Shown piece by piece: positions 1 to 8,776 of a DNA stretch of 32,000 bases (the first letter of the stretch is position 1; each line of letters begins with the position of its first letter). The stretch is from Halogeometricum borinquense DSM 11551. Lineage in GTDB: Archaea; Halobacteriota; Halobacteria; Halobacteriales; Haloferacaceae. The notes under the pieces were generated by a model. The model saw nothing but the letters and a program-made list of their open reading frames with translations, was not told the origin of the DNA and searched no databases. The translations under genes and the position numbers were made by a program. The stretch is from assembly GCF_000172995.2 (NCBI RefSeq), contig NC_014729.1:510001-542000 (forward strand), written 5' to 3'.

Positions 1-241
1 CCGTCGCGGGGCGGCCGCGACTGCGCGCTGGTTCGAACAGACTCTCTAATGCGTCGGGGTCAACGATGGAACCGACTGGCGGTAGCGTCATTGCATCGTC
101 CGGGTTGCCCGTCCACGCCTCCGCAGCGGCGCGGGCGATAGTAACTGCAAGACAGTCCTCTCCGTTCCAGTCGTGTTGAACGACAACTCTCGACCGCTCC
201 TTTACGTCTCGTCCTGTCCCTTCCGTTGTTGTATCATCCAT
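1..241 (-). CDS. HalOD1 (halobacterial output domain 1)-like protein, C-terminus cut by window edge
   Basis: Hand translation of the minus strand from the ATG at 239-241 gives MDDTTTEGTGRDVKERSRVVVQHDWNGEDCLAVTIARAAAEAWTGNPDDAMTLPPVGSIVDPDALESLFEP... The frame stays open to position 1. The ...PPVGSIVDPDALESLF motif is typical of HalOD1 domains. It is missing from the ORF track because no stop lies inside the window. Confidence 0.6.
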   Translation of the reverse strand, partial: MDDTTTEGTGRDVKERSRVVVQHDWNGEDCLAVTIARAAAEAWTGNPDDAMTLPPVGSIVDPDALESLFEPARSRGRPAT

Positions 242-366
242 GGGTCATCCCGTCGGCCCCCACGCCGACAGACACTACTGGGCGTTCTGGGCTAATAGTC
301 GTCATCTCTACTATCGTATACTGTCTCTCCGTAGACTTTCTATTCGAATAGTATGACAGATATTTG

Positions 367-3300
367 TCAGTCTAAAATGAGTTCGATCAGTTTGCGCTCT
401 GCGGCTCGGAGGTGGTACTGAAAGGTCGGCGAGGAGACATCGAACGCTTCCGAGAGCGTCGAGACGGATGTCTTGCGCGGCCAGTCGTACAGTCCTCCGT
501 GGAGTGCGGCCGAGATTGCTTCTCGCTGTCGTTCGGTCCACACTTCGTCGAGGCGCGCTCGGAAACTCCCGACCGAGTCGGTCGGTTCCGTGAGCGTTCG
601 ACGAGCAGCGAGCGTCGTCCGGGAGTACGTTGCGGCGAATGCGTCCACGACCGACCGCACGCTTACATCCGAAGGAATCGTCAGCGACACTGTACAGACG
701 CCGTTTTCGGCCACCATCTCGCGGAGTCTGCCACGTCCAGCGTACACTGTCTCGAACGGCGTCGTGTCCGCCGGCTGGACCTCATAGAGGTGTTCGTCGT
801 CGTCCTCATCGGTGAGTTCGCGGGCGAGCGTTCCCGGCGGAAGGGCGTCCCGCACGGCGTTCTTCGGCGCGGCAGTTCGGACGAACGTCCGGTAGTCGCC
901 CTCTGCTGTCGGGACGACACCGGTCACCGTCGCCGTCTCGCCGGTTGCCGTCGAGAGACGGACCAAGAAATGCTGGTCGTCTCGAATCTCTAATTCAACT
1001 TCGGTTTGCCGCTCGTCAAGAATCGGCTGTGTCCGCCCGAGACGGTCGATAACTGCTCCTAACGTCTCTCCGAGTTCGACCAGTACGTCGCCGTCCTCTC
1101 CGGCGAACGTGTCCGGGCGCGTGCCGTGAACGACGAGAAGTCGGTCGTTACCTGCGGGGACGACGGCGATGGACCGAAAGCCCTGTGCGAGGGCGTCCCG
1201 GCGATGCGGTTCCCACGCTGGGTCGTCCAATACGTCATTTACGACCGCACGTCGGCCCGTCGAAGCGACTCGTGAGAGCAACTCGGGGAACGGCGATGTC
1301 TGCGCCGCTTCGGTGAGCCGGGCTGCATAGCTGTCTTCGACGCCTGTCGTCGTCATGGGCACCACCCTGTCGTCGCTATTTGCTTCTTCGGGGGCCTCAC
1401 AGAGCCACGCGAACTGGTACGGTTCGGCTTCTACTAACCGTTCACACGCCCGCGCTGTCGCCTCTTCTGTCGTGGTCGCATGGACGACGGAGCGCGTCAC
1501 CTCTCTGACCGTTCGGTTGATACGGTTCAACTGCGTCAGCCGCTCGTTTTGCTGTTCGAGTTGCTGGTCCCTGCTTCGCAGCGCCTGCTTCGTCTCGACG
1601 CTTCCTAGCAACTCTCCCATCGTCGCTGCCAGCAGGCCGAGCATCTCGGCGTCGGTCTCCCGGATTGTCGCACCCGATAGCCGCTCGACAGCGAGGACGC
1701 CGTACTGACCCACTGGCACGAACTGGACCGTTGTTCCCTCCTCAACGCGCACCATTCGCTCCTCGGTGAAAGCAACCCAGCAGGGATCGTTCTCGGACTC
1801 GACAGGGGCGTCGCGGTTCACGCCGTCCGACTGGTACCGCCCTCGGTCTACTTCGTCCGACTGCGGGTGTCGTTCGAGTGTCCGCGTCGTGGCGTCATAG
1901 TCGAAAAAGGCGGCCCGACAGGGATCAAACAAGCTGTGACAGCCTTCGATAGTTCGCGTCACGACGGCGTCGGCGTTGTCGGCCTGCGCCATCTCGCGCG
2001 TCCGTTCGTGGAGCATCGTGAGCGACCGCTCGCGGTGACGTCGCTCGGTCACGTCGCGGGCGACGCCGACAGTGCCGACGAACTGATCCGTCTCTTCGTC
2101 CACAATCGCTGAAAAGTGCGTCTCGATCCACACCTCGGTGCCGTCGGGTAGTTCCGCTTTGAACTCCATCCGCTTTGGCTCGCCTGTTCGTGCGGCCTCC
2201 GCTTGGATGAGGGCGCTTTCGGCAGCGGTGTCTTCGTCGATAAGCTCGGTGGTGTGCATGCCGATGAGCGATTCTTGTTCGCGGCTGAACATCTCCGCGA
2301 ACGCTTGGTTGACCTGCACGATGTGCTGGTCGGAATCCAGTGCGTACACACCGTCATCGGCCGCCTCGACCATCCGCTCGTATCGAAGCAGTTCCATCTC
2401 GCGCTCGGTCCGGTCAGTTATGTCTGCGAAGTAGACCGAAAGCCCCGCCTGCGAGGGGTACGCCTCCACCTCGTACCAGCGGTCGTGCGGTGGGAAGTAC
2501 GACTCGAACGACACCTTTTCGCCGGTCTTGACCGCCTTTTCGTACCGTTCGCGGAACGGTTTGACAGCGTCGCTGTCGAACAGATCCCAGTAGTTCGTCC
2601 CGACGACTTCGCTGGCGGCCGTGTCCAGCAGTCGCTCGGCCTCTGGATTCATGTACGTCACACGCCAGTCGTTGTCCAGACCGATGAGGCCCTGATCCAT
2701 TCGGCTGAACATCTCTTCTAACGTCGTCCGGAGCGTCTCGCGTTCGATGACCGCCGCGATGAGTGCGGCGACGTTTTCGGTGAATCTGGCGTCAGTCTCG
2801 TCGAACGCGCCGCTCTCCGAACTGTGAACTGTAAGCACACCCCATGGTTCGGTGCCACCCCCGACGACGACACTTAACTCGCTGCCGGCATCGAGGTGAG
2901 CAGTCAGTTCTGTCGTCTCGCTCGACAGGTCGTTTTCGACGACTGGCTCTCGGTTCGTGAGTGCCCGTCCCGGCCCGGAGTCGAGTCCGACGGCGACGCC
3001 GCCGACGTAGACTTGCGGCCAGCCTTTGGCGGCGACAATCGACAGGTCACCGTGTTCAGGGCGCGACTGGAGGAGAGCGGCCCGCCCGGCATCGAGCGTT
3101 TCGGTAACGATTTCGACGGTTTCGGCGAACACTTCCTCTCGCGCCGGCCCGGAGAGCGCGAACGCGCCGAGATCTGAAAGCGCTCGCTGTTGTCTGTCGA
3201 GTTGCGCCCGCTTTTTGTCCGTCCGATAGGAGTCAGCGGCCGCCTCCATCCGGTTGGCTAACCACGTCGCCTCCGCATCCACTCCCCGGACGGCGAGATA

Positions 3301-3576
3301 GTCTACGACATCCGTCGAGAGTGCGATTTCTGCGATACTGTCCTCTCTGTCACCGATCAGCAAAACGGGGACAGCGGCGGCCTCAGGATCGAAATCCCCC
3401 GACGAGACGACTTCCATGGTGGCGAGGATACAGTCTGTGGCCTCGAAGACGGTCGAATTTCCCTCGGGTTGTTCGACCCACCTGAGCGTTGCGTCGTCGA
3501 ACGCCGCCTCGAATCGCTCGGTATGGAACCGGGATGGCAACGTGCCGACGACCAAGACGGTGTACGAGTCGGTCAC
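367..3576 (-). CDS. Large Bat-type (HTH-10) transcriptional regulator with a receiver-like N-terminus and multiple PAS/GAF sensor modules
   Basis: 1069-aa ORF. The C-terminus (LTERQREAISAALHGGLYDWPRKTSVSTLSEAFDVSSPTFQYHLRAAERKLIE) matches the bacterio-opsin activator HTH-10 signature. The interior contains PAS-like blocks (LIGLDNDWRVTYMNPEAERLL; GVYALDSDQHIVQVNQAFAEMF) and GAF-like stretches. The composition is acidic. Confidence 0.85.
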   Translation of the reverse strand: MTDSYTVLVVGTLPSRFHTERFEAAFDDATLRWVEQPEGNSTVFEATDCILATMEVVSSGDFDPEAAAVPVLLIGDREDSIAEIALSTDVVDYLAVRGVDAEATWLANRMEAAADSYRTDKKRAQLDRQQRALSDLGAFALSGPAREEVFAETVEIVTETLDAGRAALLQSRPEHGDLSIVAAKGWPQVYVGGVAVGLDSGPGRALTNREPVVENDLSSETTELTAHLDAGSELSVVVGGGTEPWGVLTVHSSESGAFDETDARFTENVAALIAAVIERETLRTTLEEMFSRMDQGLIGLDNDWRVTYMNPEAERLLDTAASEVVGTNYWDLFDSDAVKPFRERYEKAVKTGEKVSFESYFPPHDRWYEVEAYPSQAGLSVYFADITDRTEREMELLRYERMVEAADDGVYALDSDQHIVQVNQAFAEMFSREQESLIGMHTTELIDEDTAAESALIQAEAARTGEPKRMEFKAELPDGTEVWIETHFSAIVDEETDQFVGTVGVARDVTERRHRERSLTMLHERTREMAQADNADAVVTRTIEGCHSLFDPCRAAFFDYDATTRTLERHPQSDEVDRGRYQSDGVNRDAPVESENDPCWVAFTEERMVRVEEGTTVQFVPVGQYGVLAVERLSGATIRETDAEMLGLLAATMGELLGSVETKQALRSRDQQLEQQNERLTQLNRINRTVREVTRSVVHATTTEEATARACERLVEAEPYQFAWLCEAPEEANSDDRVVPMTTTGVEDSYAARLTEAAQTSPFPELLSRVASTGRRAVVNDVLDDPAWEPHRRDALAQGFRSIAVVPAGNDRLLVVHGTRPDTFAGEDGDVLVELGETLGAVIDRLGRTQPILDERQTEVELEIRDDQHFLVRLSTATGETATVTGVVPTAEGDYRTFVRTAAPKNAVRDALPPGTLARELTDEDDDEHLYEVQPADTTPFETVYAGRGRLREMVAENGVCTVSLTIPSDVSVRSVVDAFAATYSRTTLAARRTLTEPTDSVGSFRARLDEVWTERQREAISAALHGGLYDWPRKTSVSTLSEAFDVSSPTFQYHLRAAERKLIELILD

Positions 3577-3618
3577 TGCCGAGTACTGCGACCCCGAGAA
3601 GTATCACCTTATCGCAGG

Positions 3619-4164
3619 TTAGTCCTGCCACGCATCCACGTCGAGAACCATAAGCAGGGCGTCCTCACCATCTGCGTAGTAAGACGGGACTCGTCGCGCG
3701 GGTTCGAAGCCCATCTTACGGTACAGCGACAGCGCCGGTTCGTTGCCGACGCGGACTTCGAGTTTGACGAGCGCGGCCCCGGAGAACGAAAGCGAGACGA
3801 GTCCACGCTGGAGGAGACGGCGGCCGAGACCGATACCGCGCGCCTCCGGCGTGACGGCGATATCTTTGATGTGGCCGAGGTCTCGCCCGTGATTTGGCAT
3901 CACGTCCGCGACGATGTAGCCGACGACGTTCCCCTCGTTGACGGCGACGAGAAAGCCCGGTTCGTCGAGAAATGACTCGAACGCCGTGTAGGGCCACGGC
4001 TCGGTAAAGCAGGTCTTCTCGATACCCAACACTTCGAGCAGGTCGGCACGCTCCGCGCGACGAATCGTCACGTCCGACAACGAGTCGCCCGACTCGGAAC
4101 CGGGTTCGGATTCGCTCGTCTCGTCGTCGGTGTTCACCTCGCGCTCTGGTCCCGGAGAGGTCAC
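3619..4164 (-). CDS. GNAT N-acetyltransferase, RimI/Ard1-like
   Basis: Acetyl-CoA binding motif ...IAVTPEARGIGLGRRLLQ... and GNAT core (VRVGNEPALSLYRKMGFE). The maximal ORF runs to 4233 but begins with TTG, and there is no N-terminal ATG. An in-frame GTG at 4162-4164 (VTSPGPERE...) is my preferred start, but the start remains uncertain. Confidence 0.7.
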   Translation of the reverse strand: MTSPGPEREVNTDDETSESEPGSESGDSLSDVTIRRAERADLLEVLGIEKTCFTEPWPYTAFESFLDEPGFLVAVNEGNVVGYIVADVMPNHGRDLGHIKDIAVTPEARGIGLGRRLLQRGLVSLSFSGAALVKLEVRVGNEPALSLYRKMGFEPARRVPSYYADGEDALLMVLDVDAWQD

Positions 4165-4313
4165 TTTTCGTTGGTACGCCCGGTGCGTGCAAAAGTTCAA
4201 TGGTCGTTCGTGTGCGAAGACGCCGCTTACCAATGCTGCCGCAGTGCCTTCGTGAAGCGCACTGCTATCGCTCGGCGGATCGCGTCGAAAAAACGTAGCG
4301 TGTTGTGTGTCGC

Positions 4314-6293
4314 TTAGTCGTCCGCGGGCGTCGCGCCGCTACTGCCCTCTTGCTCGTACTGCTCTTTCGTGAGGCGGAGCTTGCCACCCGCAGAGAGGAT
4401 ACGACGTTCGCGCTCGGAGGCGTCCAGCTGTGCCGTGGCTTCCCAGTCGTCGTTCACGCGGATGGTGAACTCCTCTTGACCGGATTCGACGGCCGCTGCA
4501 ACGTCCGTGACGACTTCGACGTCGTCGCCCTGCTCGATCTTCTCGTACGTCTCCTCGTCGATTGCGAGGGGGAGAATACCGAAGTTGAACAGGTTCGCCT
4601 TGTGGATGCGGGCGAACGACTGCGCCAGCACAGCCTCGATACCGAGGTACTGCGGGCACATGGCGGCGTGTTCACGCGAGGAACCCTGACCGTAGTTCTC
4701 ACCTGCGACGAGGACACCGCCGTCGGCGTCCATCGAGCGCTGTGCGAACGTATCGTCCACGCGCGAGAGCGTGAACTCGGAGAGCTTCTCGATGTTCGAG
4801 CGGAACTTGAGGATGTCCGACGTGGCCGGAATGATGTGGTCCGTCGTGATGTTGTCGTCCATCTTCAGGAGCGCTTCGCCCTGAATGTCCGCTTCGAGCG
4901 GCTCGCCAATCGGCGCGTTGCCGATGTTCGGACCCTTGATGAGTTCGTCGTCAACGGCCTCATCAGGCGAGATGAGGTCGGCTTTCGAGCCGTCGTACTT
5001 GTCGGGGAGTTCGACGCCGGGCGCTTCGAGGTCGTCGAGTTCGTCGGCGAGGTCGCGCGGATCGACGATTTCGCCTTTGAGCGCCGCGGCAGCGGCGACT
5101 TCCGGCGAGCAGAGATAGACGTTGTCGTCCTCGATACCGGAGCGACCCTCGAAGTTGCGGTTGAACGTCCGCAGAGAGACGGAGTCGGAGGCGGGAACGT
5201 GACCGATGCCGATACAGGCACCACACGTCGCCTCGGAGAAGTTGACACCGGCAGCCATCATTTCGGCAGCCCAGCCCTGACGGGCGAGGATCTCGGAAGC
5301 CTGCTTCGAACCGGGTGCGACGATCATCTCCGTCTTCTTGTTCACTTCGCGGTCTTCGAGCATCTTCGCGGCCGGAAGGATGTCCTCGTAGCCACCGTTC
5401 GTACAGGAACCGACGATAACCTGCTCGACGGACTCGCCCGCAACCTCGCGGACGGGTACGACTTTGTCAGGCATCGACGGGCAGGCGATGAGCGGTTCGA
5501 GATCCGAGAGATCGACGACGATTTCGTCGGCGTACTCGGCGTCCTCGTCGGGCGAGAGTTCGACGTACTCGTCCTCACGACCCTGTCGTGCGAGGTAGTC
5601 TTTGGTCTCCTCGTCCGTCGGGAAGATGGACGAGGTGGCACCGAGTTCCGTACCCATGTTCGTGATCGTCGTTCGCTCGGGGACGGTGAGCGTCTCGACG
5701 CCCGGGCCGGTGTACTCGAACACCTTGCCGACGCCACCCTTCACGGAGAGACGGCGGAGCAGTTCGAGGATGACGTCCTTTGCGGTGGCCCATTCGGGGA
5801 GCTCACCTTCGAGACGGATGTTGACGACTTCCGGCATCTCGACGTAGTATGCGCCGCCACCCATGGCGACGGAGATGTCGAGGCCACCCGCACCGATTGC
5901 GAGTTGACCGAGGCCGCCGGGCGTCGGCGTGTGGGAGTCCGAACCGAGGAGCGTCTTGCCGGGTGCGGCGAAGTTCTCCTTGTGGACGTTGTGACAGATA
6001 CCGTTGCCGGGACGGGAGAAGTGAGCACCGTACGTCCCTGCCGCAGAGCGGAGGAAACGGTGGTCGTCGGTGTTCTTGAAGTCGAACTGGTACGTCTGGT
6101 GGTCGCAGTACTGCGCCGCCAGTTCAGTCTGCACTTCGTCGAGTTCGAGCGCCTCGAACTGCAGCCAGACCATCGTACCGGTTGTGTCCTGTGTGAGGAC
6201 CTGATCGATCTCGATTCCGATCTCCTCTCCGGGTTCGAGTTCCCCTTCGACGAGGTGGTCATCGAGAATTTTTTCCGTGAGCGTCTGTCCCAT
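4314..6293 (-). CDS. acnA: Aconitate hydratase
   Basis: 659-aa ORF with Fe-S aconitase signatures: GSDSHTPTPGGLG, GSCTNGGYED, NRNFEGRSG, and a swivel-domain C-terminus (AGENYGQGSSREHAA). A TATA-like TTATAAAT at 6320-6327 lies about 30 nt upstream of the ATG. Confidence 0.92.
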   Translation of the reverse strand: MGQTLTEKILDDHLVEGELEPGEEIGIEIDQVLTQDTTGTMVWLQFEALELDEVQTELAAQYCDHQTYQFDFKNTDDHRFLRSAAGTYGAHFSRPGNGICHNVHKENFAAPGKTLLGSDSHTPTPGGLGQLAIGAGGLDISVAMGGGAYYVEMPEVVNIRLEGELPEWATAKDVILELLRRLSVKGGVGKVFEYTGPGVETLTVPERTTITNMGTELGATSSIFPTDEETKDYLARQGREDEYVELSPDEDAEYADEIVVDLSDLEPLIACPSMPDKVVPVREVAGESVEQVIVGSCTNGGYEDILPAAKMLEDREVNKKTEMIVAPGSKQASEILARQGWAAEMMAAGVNFSEATCGACIGIGHVPASDSVSLRTFNRNFEGRSGIEDDNVYLCSPEVAAAAALKGEIVDPRDLADELDDLEAPGVELPDKYDGSKADLISPDEAVDDELIKGPNIGNAPIGEPLEADIQGEALLKMDDNITTDHIIPATSDILKFRSNIEKLSEFTLSRVDDTFAQRSMDADGGVLVAGENYGQGSSREHAAMCPQYLGIEAVLAQSFARIHKANLFNFGILPLAIDEETYEKIEQGDDVEVVTDVAAAVESGQEEFTIRVNDDWEATAQLDASERERRILSAGGKLRLTKEQYEQEGSSGATPADD

Positions 6294-6603
6294 AACGTCC
6301 CGATTTCGACTGTCTACGATTATAAATCCCGCGTGTTTGAGGTCAGACGTATGTTCATTATATGCATATTCTGACCTACATGGACAATAGTGAACGTGGA
6401 CGAGGGCAGGCGATTCGTTTTTCGGATCATGTCAAATTACGGATTAGTGTCTCCTTTCTCGGTTGCAGACTCACGGAAGCGACCCGCGAAAATATTCAGA
6501 CGCTTCGGTACTGTTGTGGCATCATCCACCCAAAATCGGCCATTCTGGCTCGACTGTTTGTTGGAACAAAACAAGTATTACGGACAAACGCAACCAGTGT
6601 CTC

Positions 6604-7002
6604 ATGGATGACTCTCTCGTAGCGAGAGTGTGGGGGGACGTCACCGAACGCGTTGGTGACGACCTACGAGCAGTCACACAGTACGAGGCGACATCGTTCG
6701 CGACTCGAATGCGGGAGGATCTTCGAGACGTGTACGATGCCGACGACAACCAGACGATAGTGGACGATACGATCGTCACGCTATTGAGCGGCCGTGACAG
6801 CGAGCGAACGCTCGAAACCGGTGAGTTTCGCGCATTCGTTCGCGTATTCGACGACGCGTGGATTCTCACGTGGGTCGATGGCCTGCCGAAGAAGTCCGGG
6901 TTCCTCATCTCCATCGAACGAGACGGAGAAACGGCGACGATGAACGACGTAGAGTGGTGTATTCAGTATCTGGACGAAGAGATTGAACCGCTGATAGAGT
7001 GA
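6604..7002 (+). CDS. Conserved-looking acidic hypothetical protein
   Basis: The tracked ORF starts at 6463, but its first 47 codons lie in AT-rich promoter DNA and are basic and odd-looking. The internal ATG at 6604 (MDDSLVARVWGDVTERVGDDL...) starts the acidic part with high GC3. No domain recognised. Confidence 0.6.
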   Translation: MDDSLVARVWGDVTERVGDDLRAVTQYEATSFATRMREDLRDVYDADDNQTIVDDTIVTLLSGRDSERTLETGEFRAFVRVFDDAWILTWVDGLPKKSGFLISIERDGETATMNDVEWCIQYLDEEIEPLIE

Positions 7003-7055
7003 CTTCGTCGCGTCCAGAACGATAGCACTTTGCCTTTCCTCGAACCCACTCCGGT

Positions 7056-7538
7056 ATGTTTCGATCCGGTTCGTTCGTTGCCGACCACGTGGAACCGATA
7101 GCTGACTCGCAAGTTCAACCGAACGGCGTCGATCTGACGCTCGACTCGCTTTACGAGCAGGTTTCGCCCGGACGGCTCGGCGTTGACGGCAAAGAAATCG
7201 GCGACAGAGAACCCGTCTCAGCGGATTCGGACGACGGCTCGTACGTCCTCCCGCCCGGTGGGTACATCCTTCAGTACGCCGAGACAATTCACATTCCCGA
7301 GGGCCACGTCGGCTTTCTCTATCCCCGGTCGTCGCTCATGCGCAACTCCTGTATGCTCAACACGGCTGTCTGGGACGCCGGATACGAAGGGAAAGGAGAG
7401 GGTCTGTTGCAGGTTCACCACGACATCGAACTCGAACCCGGCGCGCGAATTGCTCAACTCGTCCTCGCGCGCGGGAACCACGATGATGTGTACGACGGGA
7501 GCTATCAGGGCGAACGAGTCAACTCCCCCGAAAGATAG
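7056..7538 (+). CDS. dut: dUTP diphosphatase / dCTP deaminase-superfamily protein (short archaeal type)
   Basis: 160-aa ORF with QPNGVDLTL, HIPEGHVGFLYPRSSLMRN and GARIAQLVL blocks typical of the trimeric dCTP deaminase/dUTPase fold. The short length favours dUTPase over dCTP deaminase. Confidence 0.75.
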   Translation: MFRSGSFVADHVEPIADSQVQPNGVDLTLDSLYEQVSPGRLGVDGKEIGDREPVSADSDDGSYVLPPGGYILQYAETIHIPEGHVGFLYPRSSLMRNSCMLNTAVWDAGYEGKGEGLLQVHHDIELEPGARIAQLVLARGNHDDVYDGSYQGERVNSPER

Positions 7539-7592
7539 ATTCGGGTTCGGCTCGTTCGTACTCCCAGCTTGTCAGATGGCGGCCGCTACGCA

Positions 7593-8609
7593 ATGACCGA
7601 AACTCCAACAGAGATCTACCGGTCGATCTTCCACGAGACGCCGAATCCGACTGTCATTACGGACGAGTCGTTCTCTATCGTCGATGTCAACGAAGCCTGT
7701 CTGGAGTTTACGGGATACACCCGCGAGGAGATTCTCGGGTCGCCGCCGCTATTTCTCGTGAACGACTCGCAGACGTACGAGGAGATGGTGGACACGTTGG
7801 CCGCCGGGGAACCGTGGGAGGGTGAGATCGAAGCCGTGACCAAGTACGGCGAACGTGTCTTCGGTTACGGTGCAACGTTCCCGCTCATAACCGATGGCGA
7901 ACTCGTCGGTTACGCGGGTATCTTTATCGACCTCTCGGAACGCCGCCGGAGCGAGCAGACCGTCAGCGTCCTTAACCGCGTCCTTCGACACAACATCCGC
8001 AACGACGCGAACGTCATCGGAGGCGTCCTTTCGACGATCAAACATGCCGTTTCGGGCGTCGAACGCGAACTCGTCGAGAAGGCACTGGAGCGAATCGAGC
8101 GACTGCTCGACAGAGCCGAGACCGCCCGTGACCTCCACCAACTTCTCGAACGGTCTTCGACTGCTCTCGTACCACGGGACCTCTGTAACGTGGTCGAAAC
8201 GACCGCCCCGAAACTAGTCGATGAACGGACGACGCTCCATCTCGATGTACCCGACGATCCTGTCTGGATTCTCGCAGACGACGCACTTTCACGCGGTGTC
8301 GCCGCCGTCGTGGAGAATGCGGTCGAGTACAATCAGGACGCTTCTCCAATGATCTGGATTCATGTGGAGACGACGCCGGACGAGGTCGTGTTGACCGTCG
8401 AAGACAACGGTCCCGGTATCGAACCCGAACAGGCTGAGTTCCTGTTCGGTCAATGTGAAGACTCCCAACTTCGGCACGGGCAGGGTCTCAGCTTATTCTT
8501 CGTCGACCGACTGCTCGACTTCTACGGTGGGTCGGTCACGTACCGCCCGCGCAGTCCGACTGGCTCGATCTTCGAGTTGCGGTTCCGCCACGTCTCCCGG
8601 CCGACGTGA
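7593..8609 (+). CDS. PAS-domain sensor histidine kinase
   Basis: N-terminal PAS block (NPTVITDESFSIVDVNEACLEFTGYTREEILG). H-box-like VLRHNIRNDANVI, N-box VENAVEYN, G1 box VEDNGPGIEPE. The ATG at 7593 (MTETP) is preferred over the upstream start at 7569. Confidence 0.8.
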   Translation: MTETPTEIYRSIFHETPNPTVITDESFSIVDVNEACLEFTGYTREEILGSPPLFLVNDSQTYEEMVDTLAAGEPWEGEIEAVTKYGERVFGYGATFPLITDGELVGYAGIFIDLSERRRSEQTVSVLNRVLRHNIRNDANVIGGVLSTIKHAVSGVERELVEKALERIERLLDRAETARDLHQLLERSSTALVPRDLCNVVETTAPKLVDERTTLHLDVPDDPVWILADDALSRGVAAVVENAVEYNQDASPMIWIHVETTPDEVVLTVEDNGPGIEPEQAEFLFGQCEDSQLRHGQGLSLFFVDRLLDFYGGSVTYRPRSPTGSIFELRFRHVSRPT

Positions 8610-8776
8610 TGCTCCCGGCTCCGGGAACGCTATCCGTTCACAATAACTCGGTCAACGACAGGCGTTTCGCCCCCGAGAGAGGCACTCGACGCCGATATCG
8701 TCGTTACTACAGCCGTCACAAAACATTCGGGCTACCCAAAGGCACATTTATGCGCACCTCCAAGCCCCGTTAGCAG

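Noticed and set aside
30-38. GGTTCGAAC resembling a tRNA T-arm
   Set aside because: It lies inside the HalOD1 coding frame, has no matching acceptor, D or anticodon arms around it, and lacks the GGTTCGAATCC consensus. No tRNA was recognised anywhere in the window.
4305-6374. 689-aa plus-strand ORF spanning the whole aconitase locus
   Set aside because: It is antisense to a motif-rich aconitase gene. Its product is Arg/Val/Gly/Leu-rich with no recognisable motifs. This is a typical shadow ORF of high-GC DNA.
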